From Cyanophora paradoxa CCMP329 (taxonomy: Eukaryota; Plantae; Glaucophyta): a stretch of DNA of 64,000 nucleotides. The translations under genes and the position numbers were made by a program. This document shows positions 28,168-38,234 of the stretch, one piece after another (the stretch's first letter is position 1; every line of letters starts with the position of its first letter). The notes below the pieces were generated by a model. The model was not told the origin of the DNA. It worked only from the letters and a program-made list of their open reading frames with translations, and ran no database searches. The DNA lies in NCBI GenBank assembly GCA_004431415.1, contig QPMI01000689.1, positions 50,723 to 114,722 on the forward strand. Reading direction: 5' to 3'.

Positions 28168-29013
28168 ATGGGTGAATATAATCGAGTTCAACTTCCAATA
28201 TATTCCCTTGGATCCCCTGCTATGCACTTTCGCCAGCATGAAGTAAATGATGAGGTTCGTGGTTTAGAATCCACAGAGAGACCCAACTCCAATGGTAACT
28301 CCTTTGATAAAAATTCGATTATTCGAGTTAAAGAGCTGAGAGCTGATAAGAATTCTGGTGTGGTGAAAACAACTCGGCTTCTTGTCACAAATGCAAACTT
28401 CTTCCAACCTACTAATGGAGGTCCTGATGCTTACAGTGTTGATCTGAAAGCCCTTGATTATGATAAAAACACTGCTGCTGTAACTGTGAGATCAGGAGGA
28501 GCTTTTATTGGTGGTGGCTGCAGAGTTTCAGGTCAACTCTCTTCATCAATTGCATACAATGATGTCCCAGATACTCTTGAACAGAATGTTGAAGACCCCC
28601 AACGAATTCGATTATATATACCAGTTGCACAACAGCCACTTATTCAATTTTACCAAGGTTATACTGTCACACTTGAAAACTCTGAATTGATTGAAGGAAC
28701 CAAAAGAGTGATGAGAGGGCTGGTCATTCCTTCTGCAATGCTTTCTTTATGTAGAGCCAACAATAACCAGCCAGGTCACAGATACAATTTCAGTGTTCAA
28801 GGATATGATCATTTCGGCACAGGGTTCTGTGTTTATAATAACAATTTCACCTATGATCTGTTTGTTACAGATATTGGAAAATATACAATTACAGTTATGG
28901 GTATCAGAACAGATATAGCTGCTGTCTCAGCTCTTAGAGGTGTTACTCCTGATACTCTTTCTCAAACAGGGTTTTATTCGGAACCAGATGTAATTGATGA
29001 CCCAACCCCATAA
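28168..29013 (+). CDS. Hypothetical virion protein (paralogue pair, copy A; start MGEYNRV)
   Basis: Orthologue at 38235-39080; shares ELR.DKN.G.VKTT.LLVTNANF with the next gene. Confidence 0.85.
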   Translation: MGEYNRVQLPIYSLGSPAMHFRQHEVNDEVRGLESTERPNSNGNSFDKNSIIRVKELRADKNSGVVKTTRLLVTNANFFQPTNGGPDAYSVDLKALDYDKNTAAVTVRSGGAFIGGGCRVSGQLSSSIAYNDVPDTLEQNVEDPQRIRLYIPVAQQPLIQFYQGYTVTLENSELIEGTKRVMRGLVIPSAMLSLCRANNNQPGHRYNFSVQGYDHFGTGFCVYNNNFTYDLFVTDIGKYTITVMGIRTDIAAVSALRGVTPDTLSQTGFYSEPDVIDDPTP

Positions 29014-29036
29014 AAGATATATCCCTTTAATGTAAA

Positions 29037-29870
29037 ATGGCTGAGCAAACCCCACTTGAACGAATTATTACACCTCAACTATCATTAGCTGCACCTGCAA
29101 ACCATGTTCTGCAACATGCTACCTTTGATGATGTGGAAGGTCTCCAATCCACAGAGGTCCAACCTACAATGAACACCTTTGGTTCCACCCACAAGCTGAG
29201 ATTACAGGAACTCAGATGTGATAAAAATAATGGAATAGTTAAGACAACTAAGCTACTTGTCACAAATGCAAACTTTTCTGCTCATTATGGAGACCCAGAT
29301 AGCTATGGAGATCCTCTGTCTACTTATTCTTTTGAATCTAGGTCGGGAGCTATTAACTGCAAATCGGGGGGAGCTTATATTGGTGATGGTCTTAGGGTTG
29401 GTGGGGCTGTTGGAGCGCCTCTATTTGTGAATGATCAACCCAATCCCATTGATCCCAACACAAGAATTCGAACCTATGTTCCCAGCATGAATGCCCCATA
29501 CATCATCAAGATCTTCCCAATTGTTGTAAATGAACAGACAGCAGTTGTAGATTCCCTTGTTGAGATTGGTGATCACTATAAGGTGGTTGTTGATATTCCA
29601 CCAGATGTTTATGCTGTATGCCAAGTTGAAGGTGGAACTCCCAACTTTGCAGTAGTGATCACCCCATATGATAATTTCGGAATTGCTTATCATGGAGTCA
29701 ATTTTGGTTTGGAAGACTATCAGTTTCTGGTTAGAGCCACCAAGTTTGGTATCTACAAGTGTGTGATGTTTGCAGAGAGAACCGATTTTATTGCAAAGCA
29801 GAATACCTATGCTGAATACTATGGGACAAATCGATATTTCCCCATTTTCGGGCAGGATACTGCTCCATAA
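29037..29870 (+). CDS. Hypothetical virion protein (paralogue pair, copy B)
   Basis: Orthologue at 37370-38215. Confidence 0.85.
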   Translation: MAEQTPLERIITPQLSLAAPANHVLQHATFDDVEGLQSTEVQPTMNTFGSTHKLRLQELRCDKNNGIVKTTKLLVTNANFSAHYGDPDSYGDPLSTYSFESRSGAINCKSGGAYIGDGLRVGGAVGAPLFVNDQPNPIDPNTRIRTYVPSMNAPYIIKIFPIVVNEQTAVVDSLVEIGDHYKVVVDIPPDVYAVCQVEGGTPNFAVVITPYDNFGIAYHGVNFGLEDYQFLVRATKFGIYKCVMFAERTDFIAKQNTYAEYYGTNRYFPIFGQDTAP

Positions 29871-29892
29871 GAATGTTGGTTATATATAGAGT

Positions 29893-30165
29893 ATGGATAG
29901 TAAAACAAAAAAGTTTATTGATGCTGCTATGACAGTCCATGGTAAAGATAAATTCGATTACAGTGAGACACATTACATCAAAGCTCAAGAGAAAGTATCT
30001 GTTAGATGTTTGCAGTGTAACAAGGTGATCCTAACATATCCCTTTAATCATGTGAAGGGATCAGGTTGTAGGGAATGCAACAAAAAGCATTCTCAGGCTT
30101 ATAGGAAAAGGGCTACTTCATCAATCACAGTGGAATATAGGGATGTTTGCATTAGGTTCGATTAG
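29893..30165 (+). CDS. Zn-ribbon protein resembling the DUF723-type repeat of viral homing-endonuclease-like proteins
   Basis: KFI..A..VHG.KFDYS..Y.....KV...C..C......P.NH..G.GC..C. Confidence 0.65.
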   Translation: MDSKTKKFIDAAMTVHGKDKFDYSETHYIKAQEKVSVRCLQCNKVILTYPFNHVKGSGCRECNKKHSQAYRKRATSSITVEYRDVCIRFD

Positions 30166-30194
30166 GTTTAATTAATTTTTCTAAGGTATTCTTA

Positions 30195-30593
30195 ATGGAG
30201 ACTCAATACAGAGGCTTTCATGTTATGCTTGATTACAAAGCTAAATCAGCTATTGCAACAGGACATGAGCATGTGAGCTTCCTAGGTAATTGGATTATGA
30301 AAACCCTTGAACAAGCTATATTGCGACAAGGTATTAGGATTGTTCATAAACACTGTGAAATATTTGATGGCAAAGTATCACCTCCTGGTTTTGCATTGGT
30401 TCTGCTATTAGATGAAAGCCATTGTACAGCTCATTGTTATTCCAATGAAGGCATGTTAGCAATTGATATATTCAGTTGTGGTAAAGAAGCTCAGCATAAA
30501 ACACAAGCAGTTGCAGATGAGATCGATAAAACAATGAATTTCCTCACATTTGAGAAGACTGAAAGACATAAACATGATAGATTCCCGTTTTAA
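30195..30593 (+). CDS. speD: S-adenosylmethionine decarboxylase proenzyme (short prokaryotic/viral type)
   Basis: G.HVMLD, PPGF..VLLLDESHCTAHCY (E|S autocleavage site), AIDIFSCG. Confidence 0.85.
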   Translation: METQYRGFHVMLDYKAKSAIATGHEHVSFLGNWIMKTLEQAILRQGIRIVHKHCEIFDGKVSPPGFALVLLLDESHCTAHCYSNEGMLAIDIFSCGKEAQHKTQAVADEIDKTMNFLTFEKTERHKHDRFPF

Positions 30594-30842
30594 TGAGTTT
30601 CTATAATGACAATCAGGGTGATTTACCTTTTTTATTACAATAGCTACTGTTACAAAAGGATATAATATATCCTTTTCCTACAATAACTTTCTACAATGAT
30701 TACTTTCCGGATTCCGGTCATTCTTTACGATAGAAATTCTACTGTATGATGTAGCCGAAATATGAATGCACCCTACATTAAGCAATGTCAAGTATTTCGA
30801 ATACAATTGATTTCCTTACACTACAACTCAACATTCCCCTTC

Positions 30843-31426
30843 ATTCCCCCTATTATATAATATTTATATTAAAGTGGACTCAAGGTTGACTCATATTAAT
30901 CGTAAAAGTAGTAAAAGTATATGGAATTTGTTACGAATTCAATGCAAGGGTTGACTAAGTGGGTTGAGTTGACTCAAATTTCACAGGAAATATTTGGGAC
31001 CTAAAGTTTTCTAAAAAGGATTTCAAAAAATGTGTCAACTCCCCCCACTTAGTCAACCCTGACCATAAACAGTAAGGATTTGAGCTAACATGTATCACAA
31101 AGTGAACATTTTGAGTCCACTTAGAAGATCCACTTTTGAAATCAAAGTTGATTTTGCTTGAAATTTCAAAGTTGATCTAAAAGTGAGTCCACCCTGATTG
31201 ATTATGGTAACAAAGTTGACTAAGTTGACTAAGTTGAGTCATCTTAAGAAATTCAAGGAGACTAAGAGTTCAAAATGTTAATGAAAAGTGAGTCAACTTA
31301 GACCACTTATGGTAACAAAGTTAAATATTTAATTGATTTAATCGGAAAAGAACATGATTTAATCGAATTTATTGATATAATTCCGATTAGATTCATTTAG
31401 GATTCAATTAAGATCAATCGAAGTTA
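30843..31426 (-). repeat. Right TIR, inner part
   Basis: Reverse complement of 4309-4892. Confidence 0.9.
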
Positions 31427-34400
31427 TCAGGCGAAGCCTCTTTCTCAAACCCAAAAACCGCCGATATAAATTCCTTTTTTAACCTTTTTTTCCACTCAAG
31501 ATCCCCCCTGCTAAATAATTTCCGCGTCGCACTCCCTCGAGGACGAATTATTAATTCTGCCTCGACACGGACGCGATTGCCGCTAATGACTCAGCTACCC
31601 TAACCCCCACAGACCTCTCTAGATCCATTTTTAGCGTCGTGGCTCCCCTAAGACGACCGCTCGCCCGTGGGCGTCGCGCGAAAATCGAATTTCCCTCTGG
31701 ATCAATTCCGGTACTTAACCTCCGACAAATGCAGTCCGAGTCAGAAGGTGGGACCCGGTCCCGCCCGGTCCCGCGACGAAATCGCGCCAGGGACGCCCCA
31801 GAACGATACAGAATGCCGCGCGAGGGCGAGCGCATCGCCGCAAGCTCGATTTTGGGCGCCGTCGACGCTCCAGTGCGAAGAGTCGGCCGAAAATTTGATC
31901 CGGCCGGTTCCGGCCGGTCCCGCGACGCGCGCAATCGATGCGTACTGGCGCGCATGGACATAGCAGGGCCTGCGCACCCCCGAAATCCGCTTTTCGGAGC
32001 CGGAACAGCGCAGGAAGGTACCCGACGGCCAAAATTCGATCCTGCACGCGCCCTGACATCTTTCCGCGCGCCCACGCCGCGGCGCATGCGCGGAACGATA
32101 GCATAAGCATTTAAGATGTAGGCAAAGTCTTCCGCACGCTTTGCGTATGCGACGGGCCGCGAGGACCCAGCCGACCCCGAAAATTCGATCCTGCATGGAC
32201 CTGCACATCTTTCCGCGCGCCCTCGCCTCGAGCTCCGCAGCCCCGCACATCGATGCTATAGCTATATGCATTCAAGATTCTGTTTAAGCGATTCGCAAGC
32301 TCTGTGCATGCGCCTGGCCGCGAGAACCTTGCCCCTCCCGGGCCTCCCTCTCAACAATATTATCAGGCGAAGCCTCTTTCTCAAACCCAAAAACCGACGA
32401 TCTAAATTCCTTTTTTAACCTTTTTTTCCACTCGAGATCCCCCCTGCTAAATAATTTCCGTGTCGCACTCCCTCGAGCCAGAATTATTAATTCTGCCTCG
32501 ACACGGACGCGATTGCCGCTAGTCACACACCCACCCGAACCCCCACAGACCTCTCTAGATCCATTTTTAGCGTCCTGGCTCCCCTAAGACGACCGCTCCC
32601 CCGTGGGCGTCCCGCGAAAATCGAATTTCCCTCTGGATCAATTCCGGTACTTAACCTCCGACAAATGCAGTCCGAGTCAGAAGGTGGGACCCGGTCCCGC
32701 CCGGTCCCGCGACGAAATCGCGCCAGGGACGCCCCAGAGCGATACAGAATGACGCGCGAGGGCGAGCGCATCGCCGCAAGCTCGATTTCGGGCGCCCTCG
32801 ACGCTCCAGTGCGAACAGTCGCCCGAAAATTTGATCCGGCCGGTTCCGGCCGGTCCCGCGAAGCGCACAAACGATGCGTACGAGCGCGCATAGAAATAGC
32901 AGGGCCTGCGCACCCCCGAAATCCGCTTTTCAGAGGCCGAACAGCGCAGGAAGGTACCCGACAGCAAAAATTCGATCCTGCACAGGCCCGGACATCTTTC
33001 CGCGCGCCCGCGCCGCGGCGCACGCGCGGAACGATAGCATAAGCATTTAAGATGTACAAGAAGACTTCCGCACGCTTTATAAATGCACCAGGCCGCGAGG
33101 ACCTAGCCGACCCCGAAAATTCGATCCTCTACAGACCTGCAGACCTTTCCGCGGTCCCGCGACGAAACCGCGCCAGGGACGCCCCAGACCGATACAGAAT
33201 GACGCGCGAGGGCGAGCGCATCGCCGCAAGCTCGATTTCGGGCGCCGTCGACGCTCCAGTGCGAAGAGTCGGCCGAAAATTTGATCCGGCCGGTCCCACC
33301 CGGTCCCGCGACGCGCGCAATCGATGCGCACTGGCGCGCATAGACATAGCAGGGCCTGCGCACCCACGAAATCCGCTTTTCGGATGCCGAACAGCGCACG
33401 AAGGTACCCGACGGCAAAAATTTGATCCTGCACCGGCCTGGACATCTTTCCGCGCACTCATGCCGCGGCGCATGCGCGGAACAATAGCATAAGCATTTGA
33501 GATGTAGAAGAAGCCTTCCGCACGCTTTATAGCTGCGCCGGGCCGCGAGGACCCAGCCCACCCCGAAAATTCGATCCTCTACAGACCTGCAGACCTTTCC
33601 GCGCGCCCTCGCATCCTCGCGCGTGCGCATCGCTACAATAGTAATTTGACATCTTCGTTAAGCTTTTTGCGACCCCCGACAACGCGACAGGGCGCGAGAA
33701 TCCAGCCGACCCTGAAAATTCGATCCTGCATGGACCTGCACGTCTTTCCTCGCGCCCTCGCCTCCGCAACCCTGCACATTGGTACTATATGCATGCGAGA
33801 TTCTTTTTAAGCGATTGGCAAGCTCTGCGCATGCGCCTGGCTGCAAGAACCTCGCCCCTCCGGATCCTCGGGCTCCCACCCCCCCCACGTGCACAAGCCA
33901 ATACATAAAATCTCCTCTCAATATGCTCCACCAGTTAAAAGCAAGCCAGTACGTCCAACTCCTCCCTAATTATAAATTCCCTCTAGCTCCTCGATCATTA
34001 CATTCCTCTCTGGCCAGCCAGGTTCGTCCCCCAGCCCTCTGGCTATATATATAGCTAGCGAGCCAGCATGCATATATATGGCCCGGCCGCCAGCTTCGAA
34101 TTCCAGCCAGCCATTTGGCCGGGCAGCGCGCTGGCCAGTGCGCTAGGCCTAGGCTGCCAAGGCCTACTGTGACAGCCGCGAGAGCGTCCGCGAGGCTTCG
34201 CCGTACTTAGTGCTCCGCAGGAGCACGGATCTTGTCTCAAACCCAAAAACCGACGATCTAAATTCCTTTTTTAACCTTTTTTTCCACTCAAGATCCCCCC
34301 TGCTAAATAATTCCCGTGTCGCACTCCCTCGAGGCAGAATTAATAATTCTGCCTCGACACGGACGCGATTGCTGCTAGTCACACACCCACACGAACCCCC

Positions 34401-36688
34401 ACAGACCTCTCTAGATCCATTTTTAGCGTCGTGGCTGCCCAAAGACGACCGCTCCCCCGTAGGCATCCCGCGAAAATCGAATTTCCCTCTGGATCAATTC
34501 CGGTACTTAACCTCCGACAAATGCAGTCCGAGTCCGAAGGTGGGACCCGGTCCCGCCCGGTCCCGCGACGAAATCGCGCCAGGGACGCCCCAGAACGATA
34601 CAGAATGACGCGCGAGGGCGAGCGCATCGCCGCAAGCTCGATTTTGGGCGCCGTCGACGCTCCAGTGCGAAGAGTCGGCCGAAAATTTGATCCGGCCGGT
34701 TCCGGCCGGTCCCGCGACGCGCGCAATCGATGCGTACTGGCGCGCATAGACATACCAGGGCCCGCGCACCCCCGAAATCCGCTTTTCGAACCCGGAGCAG
34801 CGCAGGAAGGTACCGGACAGCAAAAATCCGATCCTGGACAGACCCGGACATCTTTCCGCGCGCCCACGCCGCGGCGCATGCGCGGAACGATAGCATAACC
34901 ATTTAAGATGTAGAGAAAGACTTCCGCACGGTGTCTAAATGCACCAGGTCACGAGCACCCAGCCGACCCCGAAAATTCGATCCTTGACGACGACCGCTCC
35001 CCCGTAGGCATCCCGCGAAAATCGAATTTCCCTCTGGATCAATTCCGGTACTTAACCTCCGACAAATGCAGTCCGAGTCCGAAGGTGGGACCCGGTCCCG
35101 CCCGGTCCCGCGACGAAATCGCGCCAGGGACGCCCCAGAACGATACAGAATGACGCGCGAGGGCGAGCGCATCGCCGCAAGCTCGATTTTGGGCGCCGTC
35201 GACGCTCCAGTGCGAAGAGTCGGCCGAAAATTTGATCCGGCCGGTTCCGGCCGGTCCCGCGACGCGCGCAATCGATGCGTACTGGCGCGCATAGACATAC
35301 CAGGGCCCGCGCACCCCCGAAATCCGCTTTTCGAACCCGGAGCAGCGCAGGAAGGTACCGGACAGCAAAAATCCGATCCTGGACAGACCCGGACATCTTT
35401 CCGCGCGCCCACGCCGCGGCGCATGCGCGGAACGATAGCATAACCATTTAAGATGTAGAGAAAGACTTCCGCACGGTGTCTAAATGCACCAGGTCACGAG
35501 CACCCAGCCGACCCCGAAAATTCGATCCTTGACAGACCTGAACATCTTTCCGCGCGCCCTCGCATTCTCGCGCATGCGCATCGTCGCAATATTCATTTGA
35601 GATTTTATCAAAGTTTTCCACAAGCTTTGAAGACGCGAAAGAGCACGAGAACCCAGCCGACGGCAAAAATTCGATCCTGCACACGCCTGGACATCTTTCC
35701 GCGCGCCCACGCCACGGCGCATGCGCGGAACAATAGCATAAGCATTTGAGATGTAGATCAAGCGTTCCGCGCGCTTTGCAGATGCGCCGGGCCGCGGGGA
35801 CCCAGCCGACCCCGAAAATTCGATCCTTGAGGGAACTGAACCGCGTTCCGCGCGCCCTCGCGTCCTCATGCATGGGCATCGCTATAATATTCATTTGAGA
35901 GCTTTTCAAAGCGTAATGCAAGCCCCAAGGGCGCGACAGGGCGCGAGAATTCAGCCGACCCCGAAAATTCGATCCTGCATGGACCTGCACGTCTTTCCGC
36001 GCGCCCTCGCCTCCGCAGCCCCGCACATCGATGCTATATGCATTCGAGATTGTGTTTAAGCGATTCGCAAGCTCTGTGCATGCGCCTGGCCGCGAGAACC
36101 TCGCCCCTCCCGGGCCTCCCCCCCAACAATACATTAATATTAAATAAATCTCCTATCAATCTGCTCCACCAGTTAAAAGCAAGAGTTACCGGTTCAACTC
36201 CTCCCCTAGTTCATTATATATTCGCTCTCCTCATTACATTGCTCCCTGGCCAGCGAGCTCTCCCTCGAGCTGGCTATAGCGGGCCAGCCCATTGCCCCAG
36301 TGCCAAGCCGGCGAAACTTTTGAAGCCCGGCCATGCAACTGGGCGGGGCTGCAGCTGCCCGCCTACTGTGACAGCCGCGAGGGCGTCCGCGAGGCTTCGC
36401 CGTACTTAGTGCTCCGCAGGAGCACGGATCTTGTATATAATTCATCTCCTCTAATCTCAACCTGCTCCGGCCTCCCTTTATTTCCTCAGTACATTAATAT
36501 TCCTCTAGTTATATTCCTCTAGCCGGCCAGCGGTAGCTGGACTGGCCGTCAGCCGGCCAGCTTCCAACCAGAAAGCTGTTCGCGATCGGCCAGGCCGCTG
36601 GCCAGTGCCCTATAGGCCTACTGTGACAGCCGCGAGGGCGTCCGCGAGGCTTCGCCGTACTTAGTGCTCCGCAGGAGCACGGATCTTG
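31427..36688 (+). mobile_element. Nested non-autonomous Helitron/Helentron-like elements inserted in the right TIR (outer 31427-32362 + 36434-36688; inner tandem 32363-34234 and 34235-36433)
   Basis: No TSD; TIR rejoins as AAGTTA|TTGATATA. 5'-TC starts. Three identical 3' ends with GTGCTCCgcaGGAGCAC hairpin then GGATCTTG. 11-bp subterminal inverted repeat GGCGAAGCCTC/GAGGCTTCGCC. GC-rich internal repeats. Confidence 0.75.
34444..35533 (+). repeat. 545-bp near-perfect tandem duplication inside the third Helitron-like copy
   Basis: Identical ORF translations offset by 545 nt (e.g. 34507-34902 vs 35052-35447). Confidence 0.85.
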
Positions 36689-36921
36689 TTGATATAATTC
36701 CGATTAACTCTAATTAAGATACAATATCGATTAATCGAGTTTATCGATATAATATCGATTAAATTACTTGAAAAATGCATATAAAAATATGAAAATTCAT
36801 GTGAAAATTCAAATAAATTAATCGATTTTATTGATATAACATCGAATCACACATATGAATATTCATATTTTAATCCTGAGGCGGAACGCCGAGGGATTAA
36901 AATATGAATATTCATATGTGT
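36689..36921 (-). repeat. Right TIR, outer part, including the terminal hairpin 36849-36921
   Basis: Reverse complement of 4076-4308. Confidence 0.93.
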
Positions 36922-37184
36922 CGGTGAAGGACCAGTTTGGTTCCGTCGACGTGTACAAGATCAGCAAGGCCACCAAACTTCAGCGCCTCTTCGACACCCA
37001 CGGCTACCGGATCGGGCGGAGGCCGGAGACGATTCGATTCATGTTCGACGGCGCCCGAATCCAGCCCACCCAGACGCCGGAGGAGGCAGGTCTCGAAGAT
37101 GGTGACGCAATCGAGTGAGTCCTTTGCCTTTTCGTTCACCTTTACCTTCCTCACGCACCTTGCAGCATCATGTTCGAGCAGGTG
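36922..37184 (+). pseudogene. SUMO: SUMO-like gene, central fragment (exon to 37114, 51-nt intron 37115-37165, exon 37166-37184 giving DIMFEQV), cut by element 2
   Basis: IRFMFDG.RI...QTP...GLEDGD.I SUMO signature. The GTGAGT..TTGCAG intron gives ...AIDIMFEQV, where GG is expected next. Confidence 0.85.
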
Positions 37185-37259
37185 ACACATAGGGATACCC
37201 CTGATCCAAGCCCTCCGGCCTTCGGCCTACAGGCTTGGATCAGGGGTATCCCTATGTGT
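37185..37259. repeat. Terminal hairpin of element 2 (28-bp perfect stem, 19-nt loop region)
   Basis: ACACATAGGGATACCCCTGATCCAAGCC-ctccGGCCttcGGCCtaca-GGCTTGGATCAGGGGTATCCCTATGTGT. Confidence 0.95.
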
Positions 37260-37369
37260 GCGCGTTTCAGGTACTAGGGTAGTAAGCATTTATTTCAGGT
37301 CTTAGGGTATTATTCATGTCTTTTTGGCACCAGTAGGGGTTTAGAAAGAATTTCCAACGCCCTCAACAA

Positions 37370-38215
37370 TTATGGCAAAGGGTCACTTCCTCCAATGGGA
37401 TTGTATAAATTTGTGGTTAGATATTGACCATATCTATTTCCTCTGGCTATTTCATCATTTCTTTCAGCATACATTATCACTGTGTAAGTCCCTTGCTGGG
37501 TAGCTCTTATAATATATTGGTCATCTTGTGTGTCAAGAAGTGGCAGTGAATGGAAAGCAAGTCCGAAATTATCTACTGGGACTACTTGGACAGTAATACG
37601 GGGTCTTGCTCCATCTGTTCTTCTACATAATGCGTAAATATCAGCAGGCAACGTCTCAGTATATCTATAATGATTTCCCAAAGGCTCTAAAACATCAAGA
37701 ACAGCAGTCTGAAGGTTGATAATGATTGTGTTGATTTTGATAATGTAAGGCTCATTCATTCCCGGGACATATGTCCTGATTCTTGTATTCACATCATCTG
37801 GATTGGGTTGGTCATTTACTAATAAGGGCGCTCCAATAATTCCACCAACCCTTAAACCATCTCCAATATAGGCACCTCCTGACCTACATTTAATTGCTCC
37901 CCTTCTTGCTTCGTAGGCAAAATTGGTTACCTTGTTATCATCATTGTAGCTGTCAGGATCCCCATGAAATGCGTTGAAATTCGCATTTGTTACAAGAAGT
38001 TTAGTAGTTTTAACGACCCCATTATTTTTGTCACATCTCAATTCTCTTAGTCTTAGCATGTGAGTGTCCCCAAAAGTATTTAGGGTTGGGGCTATCTCTG
38101 TGGATTCGAGACCATCAATATTATCAATAATAGCATGCTGTAAGACGTGGTTAGCTGGAGCAGCTAATGATAGTTGCGCTGTTAAAATGCGCTCTGGTGG
38201 TGCTGGTGCTGCCAT
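37370..38215 (-). CDS. Hypothetical virion protein, orthologue of 29037-29870
   Basis: Clear similarity (QLSLAAPANHVLQHA...). Confidence 0.85.
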   Translation of the reverse strand: MAAPAPPERILTAQLSLAAPANHVLQHAIIDNIDGLESTEIAPTLNTFGDTHMLRLRELRCDKNNGVVKTTKLLVTNANFNAFHGDPDSYNDDNKVTNFAYEARRGAIKCRSGGAYIGDGLRVGGIIGAPLLVNDQPNPDDVNTRIRTYVPGMNEPYIIKINTIIINLQTAVLDVLEPLGNHYRYTETLPADIYALCRRTDGARPRITVQVVPVDNFGLAFHSLPLLDTQDDQYIIRATQQGTYTVIMYAERNDEIARGNRYGQYLTTNLYNPIGGSDPLP

Positions 38216-38234
38216 TTAATATACTGAAACATAA

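Larger units (their letters stand above)
4076..36921. mobile_element. Endogenous Polinton-like virus / Maverick-type element 1 (~27.6 kb excluding the nested insertion)
   Basis: TIRs, 6-bp TSD CGGTGA (4070-4075 and 36922-36927), rve integrase, PolB, A32 ATPase, capsid-like genes, and a sharp GC drop relative to the flanks. Confidence 0.93.

Noticed and set aside
31551-36522. Many overlapping 100-230-aa R/A/G/P-rich ORFs
   Set aside because: They arise on both strands of GC-rich repeats and show no RepHel, transposase or other domain motifs.
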